This document shows, piece by piece, positions 53,460 to 62,968 of a stretch of DNA of 64,000 nt. Under the pieces are notes generated by a model, which saw only the letters and a program-made list of their open reading frames with translations, ran no database searches and was not told the DNA's origin. The DNA comes from Fluviibacter sp. Its GTDB lineage: Bacteria; Pseudomonadota; Gammaproteobacteria; Burkholderiales; Rhodocyclaceae. The position numbers and the translations under genes are program-made. Numbering within the stretch: position 1 is the stretch's first letter; every line of letters starts with the position of its first letter. The stretch spans positions 3,127-67,126 of the forward strand of contig JBLIZO010000015.1 of the NCBI GenBank assembly GCA_048859965.1. The letters are read 5' to 3'.

Positions 53460-54397
53460 TCGAAATCGGGTTTGATCTCGTGCTCTGGTTGCTCGTGCTG
53501 GGTATCGCCGGTTGGGTGATCCGCGTGCGCGACACATTTGCTGCAGTGCTTGGCTACATTGTGTATGGGTTGTTGCTGGCGCTGCTCTGGGTGCGTCTGG
53601 CGGCGCCGGATGCGGCATTGACCGAAGCGGTCATTGGCGCTTTGGGCGGTGTCCTGCTGTTACGCGCAGCCATCCGTTTGCGGCCGACGGCGGTGCGGGA
53701 CGAATACGTACGGCCCGGGCTGTCTATCCGCCTGGGGACGGCGGTGTTTTGTAGTGTTGTCGTGGCCGGACTGGCCTGGGGCGTGATGGCTTTGCCCGAC
53801 CCGGCACCGACATTGGCGCCGGCGGTTTTGAGCCATCAGGGTGCAACGGGGCTGGGTAATTCTGTGACGGCGGTCTTGTTGGCCTTCCGTGCGACGGATA
53901 CCTTGCTGGAAGCCGTGGTGCTTATTTTTGCACTGGTCGCTGTCTGGTCGCTTGCACCGGACAATGCCTGGGGTGGTGTGCCCGGCCAGGCACGTGGCAC
54001 GATGGTCGTGCCGGGCAGGCCTTATCTGGCACGCCTGCTGCCGCCCGTGGGTGCTGTTGTGGCGGTGTATATGTTCTGGGTGGGCGCGGACCTGCCGGGT
54101 GGAAAATTCCAGGCCGGTGCACTGCTGGCGGCCATGTGGTTACTGGCGACCTTGGCCGGGTTGTCGTCACCGCCCCCGGTCAGTTGTCGTGTGCTACGTC
54201 TTTGGGTGATTGTCGGTACCCTTGTTTTTGTGGCGATTGGCGCGCTCGGCGTACTGACTGCGGGCGCCTTTCTGGCTTATCCGGAGCGCGTTGCCAAGCC
54301 ACTCATCCTGATCATTGAGGCTGCATCGATGGTATCGATTGGCGTGACGCTGGGGCTGTTAGTGGTCGGTTACCCGGAACAGAGAGGGAATGTATGA
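53456..54397 (+). CDS. DUF4040 + MnhB fusion subunit
   Basis: APDAALTEA, N.VTAVLLAFRATDTLLE, PGGKFQAG. Confidence 0.85.
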   Translation: MIEIGFDLVLWLLVLGIAGWVIRVRDTFAAVLGYIVYGLLLALLWVRLAAPDAALTEAVIGALGGVLLLRAAIRLRPTAVRDEYVRPGLSIRLGTAVFCSVVVAGLAWGVMALPDPAPTLAPAVLSHQGATGLGNSVTAVLLAFRATDTLLEAVVLIFALVAVWSLAPDNAWGGVPGQARGTMVVPGRPYLARLLPPVGAVVAVYMFWVGADLPGGKFQAGALLAAMWLLATLAGLSSPPPVSCRVLRLWVIVGTLVFVAIGALGVLTAGAFLAYPERVAKPLILIIEAASMVSIGVTLGLLVVGYPEQRGNV

Positions 54398-54747
54398 CGG
54401 CCAGTACGCTGTTCGGATTGGGCGCAGCGCTCCTGGTGGGGTTGGGTTTGTATGGGGTGATCATTAACCCGCAACCCCTGCGCAAAATTGTGGCCTTCAA
54501 TCTCATCGGTTCGGGTGTGTTTCTGCTGTTTGGCGTAGCTGCCAAACGCGGGGCGGCCTTGGGCCTGGGTGGCGATCCTGTACCGCAGGCGCTGGTGATC
54601 ACCGGGATTGTCGTCGCTTTCGCGGCGACGGCGGTCGCAGTCAGCCTGCTCTTGCGGCTGTATGCGGCGGGCGGGGTGACCGCGCTTGATGACCCGCACC
54701 AGCCGGTTGACGCGCCCAAGGATATACAGGAGCGCAAGGCGCCATGA
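54394..54747 (+). CDS. Mrp/Mnh antiporter subunit C
   Basis: LRKIVAFN, DPVPQALVITGIVV. Confidence 0.9.
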   Translation: MTASTLFGLGAALLVGLGLYGVIINPQPLRKIVAFNLIGSGVFLLFGVAAKRGAALGLGGDPVPQALVITGIVVAFAATAVAVSLLLRLYAAGGVTALDDPHQPVDAPKDIQERKAP

Positions 54748-56255
54748 TGCTGCCGGAAGTTACGACGGCGGGGGGCTACCTTCTGGTGATCGCGTTGCTG
54801 TTGCCCTTGCTCGGTATGCTGGCGGGCTTTGCGCTGGGTGGCGCCTGGGCGCGCCGTGTCGTGATGGGCCTGTTGCCGCTGGGCCTGATTCTGAGTGTGG
54901 TCATTCTGGTGGATATGGTCGGCTCCGGCCAGGCGCTGGTTTATCATCTGGGTGCCTGGGCGCCGCCGCTCGGCATCGCGTTGCGGGCGGATGGTCTGTC
55001 TGGTGCGATGCTGCTGGCGACGGCGATTGTACTGGCTGCCATTGCACTATTCGCGCGGGCGGATTTTCCCGAGGCGCCCGGCGGCGGGGAATCGCGAGCG
55101 TCATTCATATTCTGGGTGCTTCTGCCGGCGGTCTGGGTGTCGCTGAACACGGTTTTTCTGGCCGGTGATCTGTTTACGCTCTATGTGGCGCTCGAACTAT
55201 TGACCTTTGCTGCGGTACCGCTGGTGTGCCTGGATGGCCACGCGGAAACCTTGCGCGCCGCATTGCGTTACCTGCTTTTTGCTTTGCTGGGTTCGGTACT
55301 GTATCTACTGGGTGCTGTGTTGTTATACGCGGGCTATGGGACGCTCGATATTGCCCAGCTACGGCAGGTGGTGATGCCGGGGCCGGTGGCGTGGGCGGCG
55401 ACCGCGCTGATGACGGTTGGCCTGCTTGCAAAAACCGCGCTTTTCCCGTTGCATTTGTGGTTGCCACCGGCCCATGCCGGGGCGCCTGCACCAGCCAGCG
55501 CGCTGCTGTCGGCGTTGGTGGTGAAAGGGTCTTTCTTTTTAGTCATCCGGCTCTGGCTGGATGTGATGCCTGACATCGTGACACCAACGGCGGCCCAGTT
55601 GTTGGGCGCGCTGGGCGCTGCGGCAATTTTGATCGGTAACACAGTGGCGCTCAGGCAGTCGCGCCTCAAATTGCTGATTGCGTATTCGACGGTGGCGCAG
55701 ATCGGCTACCTGTTCCTGATGTTTCCGCTGGCCCTCGGTCTCGTGGATATGGGTCTGCCCAACGACAAGGCGGTGACAGGCGGGCTGTTACAGGCGGTGT
55801 CGCATGCGACCGCCAAGGCGGCGATGTTTATGGCGGCTGGCCTGGTTTACGCCGCCCTCGGTCATGACCGCGTTGCCGATCTGCAGGGGGTTGGTCGGCG
55901 TCTGCCGAAGACGGTTCTGGCGTTTGCACTGGGGGGTATCGCGCTCGTTGGGTTGCCGCCATCGGGCGGCTTCATGGCGAAATGGCTGTTGCTATCGGCT
56001 GCGTTGACGACCGGTCAATGGTGGTGGGTGGTCGTCATGGTGGTGGGTGGGTTGCTGACCGCCGCGTATGTTTTTGCTGTCGTCGTGAAAGCGATGATGC
56101 CTGCAGTGACGCCCTTGCCTGAAACAGGCGTCGTCCTGCGCTCGGGCGAAACGATTGTGCTGGCGTTGGCGGTGCTTTCGTTGATGCTGGGCTGTGTGGC
56201 GCTCCTGCCTTTTGAGGTGGTGCAGATCGGTCGTCAGGTTGGAGGTGTCCCATGA
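54744..56255 (+). CDS. Mrp/Mnh antiporter subunit D (NuoL/M/N-like)
   Basis: GAW.PPLGI, DLFTLYVALE, KTALFPLHLWLP.AH, AYST, H..AKA, GFMAKW. Confidence 0.88.
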   Translation: MMLPEVTTAGGYLLVIALLLPLLGMLAGFALGGAWARRVVMGLLPLGLILSVVILVDMVGSGQALVYHLGAWAPPLGIALRADGLSGAMLLATAIVLAAIALFARADFPEAPGGGESRASFIFWVLLPAVWVSLNTVFLAGDLFTLYVALELLTFAAVPLVCLDGHAETLRAALRYLLFALLGSVLYLLGAVLLYAGYGTLDIAQLRQVVMPGPVAWAATALMTVGLLAKTALFPLHLWLPPAHAGAPAPASALLSALVVKGSFFLVIRLWLDVMPDIVTPTAAQLLGALGAAAILIGNTVALRQSRLKLLIAYSTVAQIGYLFLMFPLALGLVDMGLPNDKAVTGGLLQAVSHATAKAAMFMAAGLVYAALGHDRVADLQGVGRRLPKTVLAFALGGIALVGLPPSGGFMAKWLLLSAALTTGQWWWVVVMVVGGLLTAAYVFAVVVKAMMPAVTPLPETGVVLRSGETIVLALAVLSLMLGCVALLPFEVVQIGRQVGGVP

Positions 56256-57883
56256 ATGTGAGCGCATGGATGCTGGTACTGACGGTCGCTGTGCCGCTGG
56301 CGATGTTGCTGGCCTGTAGCTGGAAGCCCGTGCGTGACCGGATGTTGACTTGGCTGCCGCTGGGCGCATTGCCTGGTTTGTTGGCGGCATTGTTGGCCGT
56401 ACGCGACGAGAACTGGGTGTTTGGCAGTCCGCGTTTCCCGCTGGCCTTCGCGATGGATCGTGCAGGTGGCGCCCTGCTGGGTGTTGCGGCACTGCTCTGG
56501 CTGGCGGGCGGCTGGTATGCCGCAGCATGTCAGGTGGCGCAGCCTGCGCGTGTCCGCTTTGCGGTCTGCTGGTTGATGACACTGACGGGATGTCTGGGCG
56601 TTTTTGTCGTGGCGGATATGGTTTCGCTTTATGCCTTGCTGGGGCTGCTCAGCGTCGGGGCGACGGGCCTCATCATTCACGACAGTTCGCCCCGCGCCTT
56701 GCGGGCGGGTGGTGTTTATATCGGTATGGCGTTGCTGGCCGAATCGTTGCTGCTGGCCGCGTTTGTGCTGATTGTCGTCAGTGCGCCGGGGAATACACTG
56801 TTGATCGCCGACGCACCGGCGGCGATTGCGGTATCTGCCTGGCGAGACACGATTCTTGGTTTGCTGATCATCGGTTTCGGTATCAAGGCCGGCATGGTTC
56901 CGTTCCATTTCTGGATGCCTCTGGCCTACAGTGCGGCACCGATACCGGCTGCCGCCGTGATGAGCGGTGCTGTGGTCAAGGCCAGCGTGATCGGCCTGAT
57001 TCGTTTCGTGCCCTTTGACGCGGCGCCTTGGAACATCGGCACCGCCGTGACGGCAGTTGGCTTGTTTGGTGCGCTCTATGGTGTGCTGATTGGCATCACG
57101 CAGCGCCATCCGAAAACCGTGTTGGCCTACTCCAGCGTTAGCCAGATGGGCATGATTATCGCCATCATCGGTATGGGCATGGTGGTGGGCAAAGTCGAGG
57201 CCGGTCTGATCGCGGCGTTTTACGCCGTCAATCATGTGCTGTCGAAAGGCGCGTTGTTCATGGCGGTCGGCGTTGCGGCCGAAACGGGACGTCGGCGCTT
57301 GTGGACAGTGCTTCTGCCGGCGGGGGTTCTGGCGATTGGCCTGGGTGGGTTGCCCCTCAGTGGTGGGGCATTGACCAAGGCTGTGGCGAAAGCGCTTTTT
57401 GGCGAGGGGGTTGCCGGTATGTTGGCAACTGTGTCGGCTATCGGAACGACCGTGTTGATGTTGCATTTTCTGCGCTGTCTCAAAGCCTTTGCGGCCGATG
57501 ATCCGGAAGCGCGGGCCGAATCCGGTTTGCGCTGGCCGTGGTTGCTGATGGCCACGGCTTCGATGGTGGTGCCGTGGGTGGTCTATTTGATGTCGCCGCG
57601 CTATTCGTTACCGGACGCCTTGTCACCCTATGCGCTGTGGGCGGCGATGTGGCCGATTGTGGTGGGTATCGTGCTTGCCTGGGTACTGGTGAATTGGAAG
57701 CGGCGATTGCCGGAAGTGCCATCCGGGGATGTGCTGATCGTGTTGGCGCCCATCGGGCGGTGTATTGCCCGAGGTGTTTCAGATGTCGCAGTCGCGCTGG
57801 ATACCGCATTACGCCGCTGGCCACTGACCGGATGGGTGTTGTTGGGACTGCTGCTGGCTTTTGCGGTGGCGGTCCGAACATAA
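56252..57883 (+). CDS. Second NuoL/MrpA/MrpD-like antiporter subunit
   Basis: KAGMVPFHFWMP, SG..VKA, LAYSSVSQMG, H.L.KGALF. Confidence 0.82.
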   Translation: MNVSAWMLVLTVAVPLAMLLACSWKPVRDRMLTWLPLGALPGLLAALLAVRDENWVFGSPRFPLAFAMDRAGGALLGVAALLWLAGGWYAAACQVAQPARVRFAVCWLMTLTGCLGVFVVADMVSLYALLGLLSVGATGLIIHDSSPRALRAGGVYIGMALLAESLLLAAFVLIVVSAPGNTLLIADAPAAIAVSAWRDTILGLLIIGFGIKAGMVPFHFWMPLAYSAAPIPAAAVMSGAVVKASVIGLIRFVPFDAAPWNIGTAVTAVGLFGALYGVLIGITQRHPKTVLAYSSVSQMGMIIAIIGMGMVVGKVEAGLIAAFYAVNHVLSKGALFMAVGVAAETGRRRLWTVLLPAGVLAIGLGGLPLSGGALTKAVAKALFGEGVAGMLATVSAIGTTVLMLHFLRCLKAFAADDPEARAESGLRWPWLLMATASMVVPWVVYLMSPRYSLPDALSPYALWAAMWPIVVGIVLAWVLVNWKRRLPEVPSGDVLIVLAPIGRCIARGVSDVAVALDTALRRWPLTGWVLLGLLLAFAVAVRT

Positions 57884-57966
57884 GATTCACCGGCCGGGCG
57901 GTGTGATTTGCGCTCCGGCTAATTCGTTGCAATCATTTTGACGCAAAAACATAGGATAATTACGTA

Positions 57967-59052
57967 ATGTTAAGAGGACAATACCTGCATCGACTCGGCG
58001 GTGCGCTGATCGCCTTGATGGTGCTGGCTACACCTGCGTTTGCCGCAGATCCGGCGCTGCTGTGCTCTGGCAATGAACCCGCCTGGAGCCTTGATCTGAG
58101 GACGTCGGGGCAGGGACGCTTTACCAAGCCGGATGGCACGGCCATTGTCTATCGCGGTGCCGGAAGCGCGCTCAAGTTCCATCCGGAAACGGTCTGGCGC
58201 GGGCGTGCGGTGAATGCGCGCGGTGATGAACTGGTGGCCTTTATTCGTGCCGGGGCATGTAGTGATGGGATGTCCAACATCGTGCATCCGTATGACGTTA
58301 ATGTGTCTTTGCCGGATGGGCGCCATCTCCGCGGCTGTTGCCGGGTGCCGGCTGATACGGCCGCACTGGAAAATGTAAGCTGGCGCCTGACGATGTTGCC
58401 GGGCCAGACGCTGCCCGCAGCAGGGCCCAGCAGCTCCCTGACCGTGCGTTTCTCAGAAGGTCGGGTCAGTGGATTCTCCGGCTGCAACCAGTTTACCGGG
58501 GGCTATCGTGTACAGGGTCATGCGCTGACACTCGGACCGATCGGTGGCACCCTGATGGCCTGCCCGGAGCCGGCTATGGCGCTGGAACAGGCGTTCCGCG
58601 CAGCTTTTTCCGGCACGATGCGTATTGCCGTGAGCGGTGACGAATTGACGCTGACGCCGGAGTCCGGTCAGGATCCGCTTCGCTTTAAACGGGAATCGGC
58701 GCCGCGCCTCGATGGCATCGTCTGGGAAGTGACCGGCTACAACAATGGGCGGCAAGCCGTGGTCAGCCCGAAGCTGGATACGCACCTGACGATTGAGTTC
58801 AAGGACGATCAGGTGTCCGGTTCGAGTGGCTGCAATCGCTTTCATGGCGCCTTCAAGGCGAAGGGTGATGCGCTGTCAATCGGGCCGCTGGCAACCACCC
58901 GCATGATGTGCGATGCCGCCGTGATGACGCAGGAACGCGCGTTTCTCGCAGCACTGGAGACCGCCACGAGCTGGCAGATTGCTCGTGGTGTTTTGGACGT
59001 CCATCGCGCCGATGGCGAGCGCGTGCTCTGGGCGCATCAGCCGGGGCAGTGA
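57967..59052 (+). CDS. Exported protein with N-terminal GNEP.W (COG3650-like) domain and two META/HslJ domains
   Basis: Signal peptide; GNEPAW..CSDGMS..GCC; two SGCN.F.G...T.M.C repeats. Confidence 0.82.
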   Translation: MLRGQYLHRLGGALIALMVLATPAFAADPALLCSGNEPAWSLDLRTSGQGRFTKPDGTAIVYRGAGSALKFHPETVWRGRAVNARGDELVAFIRAGACSDGMSNIVHPYDVNVSLPDGRHLRGCCRVPADTAALENVSWRLTMLPGQTLPAAGPSSSLTVRFSEGRVSGFSGCNQFTGGYRVQGHALTLGPIGGTLMACPEPAMALEQAFRAAFSGTMRIAVSGDELTLTPESGQDPLRFKRESAPRLDGIVWEVTGYNNGRQAVVSPKLDTHLTIEFKDDQVSGSSGCNRFHGAFKAKGDALSIGPLATTRMMCDAAVMTQERAFLAALETATSWQIARGVLDVHRADGERVLWAHQPGQ

Positions 59053-59055
59053 GTG

Positions 59056-59859
59056 ATGACAAACCGTAATGTGCACAGCCGCTCACCGGCGACATGGATT
59101 GTGTTGCTGACGCTAGTCGCCTTTGTAGCCGCTTTTGTGCTGCCGCCCATACCGCAGTCGGTGGTGTATCACGATTTTGCCGATCATCGTCATGCCTTGG
59201 GTATCGCCAATTTTCTGGATGTCATGTCCAATGCGGCGTTCCTCGTCGTCGGCCTGTTGGGGTTGGCCATGATTGCTCGTGGCCGTGCATTCTTTGAATA
59301 TTCGACCGAGCGCTGGCCTTATGTGATCTTCTTTATCGGGGTGACGCTGACGGCGGCGGGTTCTGCCTATTATCATCTGGCGCCGGACAACGAAACGTTG
59401 TTCTGGGATCGCCTGCCGATGACGATTGCTTTCATGGGTTTGGTGTGTGCGCAGATCGTCGATCGCGTCAGCGTGCGTGGTGGGCTGCGGTTGTTGGTGC
59501 CCGCGCTGATCATCGGTGCGGCTTCGGTCATTTATTGGCGCTGGACTGAACGCCTCGGGGCCGGCAATGTGCTGCCTTACGGTATTCTGCAGGGCTACGC
59601 TGTGTTGGTATTACTGCTCCTGGCGTTGTTCAATCCGTCACGTTATACCCGCGGGCAGGATATTTTCTGGGTGTTCGGCTGGTACATGTTGAGTAAGGTG
59701 CTGGAAACCTTCGATCACCAGCTGATGTGGCTGGATCAGGGCATCGTCAGCGGTCACACCCTCAAGCATCTCGCAGCCGCTGCAGCCGGGCTGGTAGTAT
59801 GCCGTATGCTGACGAAGCGTAAACTGCGTCCGGTATCGGGCGGATCGAGCGGTCAATAA
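59056..59859 (+). CDS. Alkaline ceramidase-like (CREST superfamily) membrane protein
   Basis: YHDFAD.R, SN, GSAYYH, WDRLPM, SGHTLKH. Confidence 0.78.
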   Translation: MTNRNVHSRSPATWIVLLTLVAFVAAFVLPPIPQSVVYHDFADHRHALGIANFLDVMSNAAFLVVGLLGLAMIARGRAFFEYSTERWPYVIFFIGVTLTAAGSAYYHLAPDNETLFWDRLPMTIAFMGLVCAQIVDRVSVRGGLRLLVPALIIGAASVIYWRWTERLGAGNVLPYGILQGYAVLVLLLLALFNPSRYTRGQDIFWVFGWYMLSKVLETFDHQLMWLDQGIVSGHTLKHLAAAAAGLVVCRMLTKRKLRPVSGGSSGQ

Positions 59860-59904
59860 CCGGGTTCGCTGTTTTTTGTTGTTTTTTTCTTTGAAAGGTT
59901 TTTT

Positions 59905-60282
59905 ATGAGCAATTTTTGGGATTTCATCTGGTTGATCGTTTCCACATTCGTATTTGTGGCCTATCTGCTGATTCTTTTTCAGATCGTGGCCGATCTGTTC
60001 CGCGACCCGGAAGTGAGCGGCGTTGCCAAAGCGCTGTGGTTGATCTGCCTGATTTTTGTGCCGATGCTCACGGCACTGTTCTATGTCATCGTTCGTGGTC
60101 CGGGAATGGCCAAGCGCCAACTGGCGGCTATTGAGCGTAACCGTGCCCAGACCGAGGATTACATTCGCCATGTGGCGGGTAAATCGCCGGCGGATCAGAT
60201 TGCCGACGCGAAGGCGCTGCTGGATGCGGGTGCCATTAGTCCGGAAGAGTTTGCCCAGCTCAAAGCCAAGGCACTGGCCTGA
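59905..60282 (+). CDS. PLDc_N + SHOCT small membrane protein
   Basis: DLFRD..SG.AKALW; C-terminal AKALLDAGAIS.EEF..LKAK. Confidence 0.85.
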   Translation: MSNFWDFIWLIVSTFVFVAYLLILFQIVADLFRDPEVSGVAKALWLICLIFVPMLTALFYVIVRGPGMAKRQLAAIERNRAQTEDYIRHVAGKSPADQIADAKALLDAGAISPEEFAQLKAKALA

Positions 60283-60389
60283 TTTTTTAGCGCTACGTGT
60301 AATCGGGCCGTGTGTTGGCATACGGTCCGATTACGTCATGCGATGTGAAGGCCGCCAAAAAGTCGGTTCAATTTTCTAAGAGTTTGACC

Positions 60390-61451
60390 ATGCAAAACAC
60401 CAAGAGAAAGAAGGCGGCCACTTCGGCTGAGCGCGCGCCCGTGCTCGTTGATCTGGCGTTGCAAGGCGGTGGCGCTCATGGCGCCTATACCTGGGGTGTG
60501 CTGGATCGCCTGTTGGAAGAGCCTTGGCTTCAATTTGACGGCATTTCCGGCACCTCGGCCGGTGCGATGAACGCCGTTGTGATGGCCTATGGCCTGGCCA
60601 AGGGTGGCCGTCGCCAGGCACAGATCGAACTGGAAAATTTCTGGAGCAAGGTCTCGGAAGCGGCGACACTCAGCCCCTTCCGGCGCGGGCCGCTGGAAAT
60701 TCTGACGGGACGCTGGACGCTGGATTATTCGCCGGCTTTCGTGTTCATGGATATCGCTTCGCGGCTTTTCTCGCCCTACGACATTAATGTTCACGGGGGG
60801 AATCCGCTGAACGACGTGTTGACGGCTTGTGTGGATTTCGACCTGTTGACCAAGCCGGGTGCACCGCGTCTGTTTATTACCGCAACCAATGTACGCACCG
60901 GACGCGGACGTATCTTCCGCAATGTCGAAATCACACCGGAGGTTTTGTTGGCGTCGGCTTGTCTGCCGACCATGTTCCAGGCGGTTGAGATCGATGGCGA
61001 GCATTACTGGGATGGTGGTTTTGCCGGTAATCCGACCATTACGCCGCTGGTGCGTGAGTGCGATTCGGACGACACGATTCTTGTCTCCATTAACCCGGTC
61101 GAGCGCCCTGGTGTGCCGCGCACGGCGATGGAGATCCAGAATCGTCTCAACGAAATTTCTTTTAACTCGCCTTTGCTCAAGGAGTTGCGTATGGCGGCAT
61201 TGCTGCGCCAGGTGGCCGACCCCGGTACCGGTGAAGGCGCGGTCTGGGCCAAGATGCGTATCCACCGCGTTGCTGGCGAGGACATTATGCTGAAACTCGG
61301 CTATTCGTCGAAATTGCTCGCCGAGTGGCCGTTCTTCTGCATGTTGCGTGACGAAGGGCGAAAAGCCGCAGAAAACTTCCTGCAGACCTACGGTCAGGAT
61401 ATTGGGGTTCGCTCAACGCTGGACATCGATAAACTGATTCAGGAGAGTTAA
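60390..61451 (+). CDS. Cytoplasmic patatin-like hydrolase
   Basis: LQGGGAHGA, GTSAG, ASACLP, WDGG. Confidence 0.88.
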   Translation: MQNTKRKKAATSAERAPVLVDLALQGGGAHGAYTWGVLDRLLEEPWLQFDGISGTSAGAMNAVVMAYGLAKGGRRQAQIELENFWSKVSEAATLSPFRRGPLEILTGRWTLDYSPAFVFMDIASRLFSPYDINVHGGNPLNDVLTACVDFDLLTKPGAPRLFITATNVRTGRGRIFRNVEITPEVLLASACLPTMFQAVEIDGEHYWDGGFAGNPTITPLVRECDSDDTILVSINPVERPGVPRTAMEIQNRLNEISFNSPLLKELRMAALLRQVADPGTGEGAVWAKMRIHRVAGEDIMLKLGYSSKLLAEWPFFCMLRDEGRKAAENFLQTYGQDIGVRSTLDIDKLIQES

Positions 61452-61453
61452 TC

Positions 61454-62905
61454 ATGGGGCTGTTGGGGATTCTGCTTGGCCTTGCTGTCATGCTCGGCCT
61501 TTCTTTCCGCGGGTGGAGTGTGCTGATTCTGGCGCCGCTGGCGGCGATGGTGGCCGCATTGTTTTCCGGCGAGCCCTTGCTGGCGCACTGGACGCAGACC
61601 TTCATGGGTGCGACAGGCGGCTTTCTCGCGCAGTTTTTCCCCCTCTTTCTGCTCGGCGCGATCTTTGGCAAGCTGATGGAAGACAGTGGTTCGGTCAACG
61701 TCATTGCCGACTTCATGACCGAGAAACTGGGGACCAAACGCGCGATTCTCGCGGTGGTGCTGGCGGGCACGATGGTGACCTACGGTGGTGTCAGCCTGTT
61801 TGTGGCGTTTTTTGTCATCGTGCCGATGGCGCAGGGGCTGTTCCGGGCGGCCAATATACCCAATCGGTTGGTGCCGGCCGCCGTGATGCTGGGAACCGCC
61901 ACGTTCACCATGTCGGCCATGCCCGGCACGCCGGCCGTGCAGAATGCGATCCCGATGCCTTTCTTCGGTACGACACCGTTTGCTGCGCCGGGCCTGGGCC
62001 TCATTGCATCGGCCATCATGTTCGGCTTCGGCATGTGGTGGCTGCTGCGCGCGCAAAAATTGGCCAAGGCCAGCGGTGAGGGGTTCGGGATTATGGCGGG
62101 CGATGTTGAGGTTGCGGCAGAGGATCCGGTGGTGCGCGAGCGTGCGACCACTGCCGGGGCATTTGACCCGGCGGAAATCAAGCATGGTTCAGACAGCCTG
62201 CAGCCGCCGAGTGTTGCTGCCGCCATATTGCCGCTGCTGGTGGTCGTGGTCGTGAATATGCTCATGTCTTTTGTCGTGCTGCCGCGCATGGATACGAGCT
62301 TTCTCACCAAGCCGGAATGGGGCGGTGTGTCGCTGGCGGCGGTGAGTGGCTTGTGGTCGGTGATCGTTGCCCTGATTGCCGCGATTCTGGTGCTGGTGGC
62401 GCTCAATCGGGCGCGCCTGACCACGCTGCGCGAAACCTTGAGCGCGGGCGCCAATGCCTCGGTGCTGCCGATAGTGAGCGTGGCCAGCCTGGTGGGGTTT
62501 GGTGCCGTCGTTGCGGCGCTCCCGGCTTTTGTCAAAGTCGCTGAATGGGTGCTGTCAATTGATGGTGGCCCGCTGGTGTCGCTGGCGGTATCGACCAATG
62601 TGCTGTCGGCGCTGACCGGGTCGGCTTCCGGCGGTATGACCATTGCTCTGGAGGCATTGGGGCCGATTTATCTGCAGATTGCTGCGATCGAAGGCATCGA
62701 TCCGGCACTGCTACACCGGATTGCCGTGATCGGTGCCGGTACGCTCGACAGCCTGCCGCATAACGGCGCGGTGATTACCCTGTTGACGCTGTGCGGGTGC
62801 ACACACCGTCAGAGCTATAAGGATATTGTGATGTGTGCCGTGGTTGGTGCCCTGGTGGCGTTGATCGCAGTGATTATCCTCGGCGGGATGTTTGGTTCCT
62901 TCTGA
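61454..62905 (+). CDS. GntP family permease (hydroxy-acid / 3-hydroxybutyrate permease-like)
   Basis: FLLGAIFGKLM, YGGVSLFV, PGTP..QN.IP, TGSASGG, DSLPHNGAVIT. Confidence 0.85.
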   Translation: MGLLGILLGLAVMLGLSFRGWSVLILAPLAAMVAALFSGEPLLAHWTQTFMGATGGFLAQFFPLFLLGAIFGKLMEDSGSVNVIADFMTEKLGTKRAILAVVLAGTMVTYGGVSLFVAFFVIVPMAQGLFRAANIPNRLVPAAVMLGTATFTMSAMPGTPAVQNAIPMPFFGTTPFAAPGLGLIASAIMFGFGMWWLLRAQKLAKASGEGFGIMAGDVEVAAEDPVVRERATTAGAFDPAEIKHGSDSLQPPSVAAAILPLLVVVVVNMLMSFVVLPRMDTSFLTKPEWGGVSLAAVSGLWSVIVALIAAILVLVALNRARLTTLRETLSAGANASVLPIVSVASLVGFGAVVAALPAFVKVAEWVLSIDGGPLVSLAVSTNVLSALTGSASGGMTIALEALGPIYLQIAAIEGIDPALLHRIAVIGAGTLDSLPHNGAVITLLTLCGCTHRQSYKDIVMCAVVGALVALIAVIILGGMFGSF

Positions 62906-62926
62906 TCGGCAAGGGTTCCTGCAGCA

Positions 62927-62963
62927 CAAAACAAAACGGCACGGTGGTGCCGTTTTGTTTTTT
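62927..62963. terminator. Bidirectional terminator
   Basis: aaaacaaaacggcac-ggtg-gtgccgttttgtttt between convergent genes. Confidence 0.85.
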
Positions 62964-62968
62964 CAGGA

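Noticed and set aside
52404-57883. Membrane-bound hydrogenase or complex I operon
   Set aside because: No NiFe catalytic, Fe-S or NuoH-like subunits in or next to the operon.
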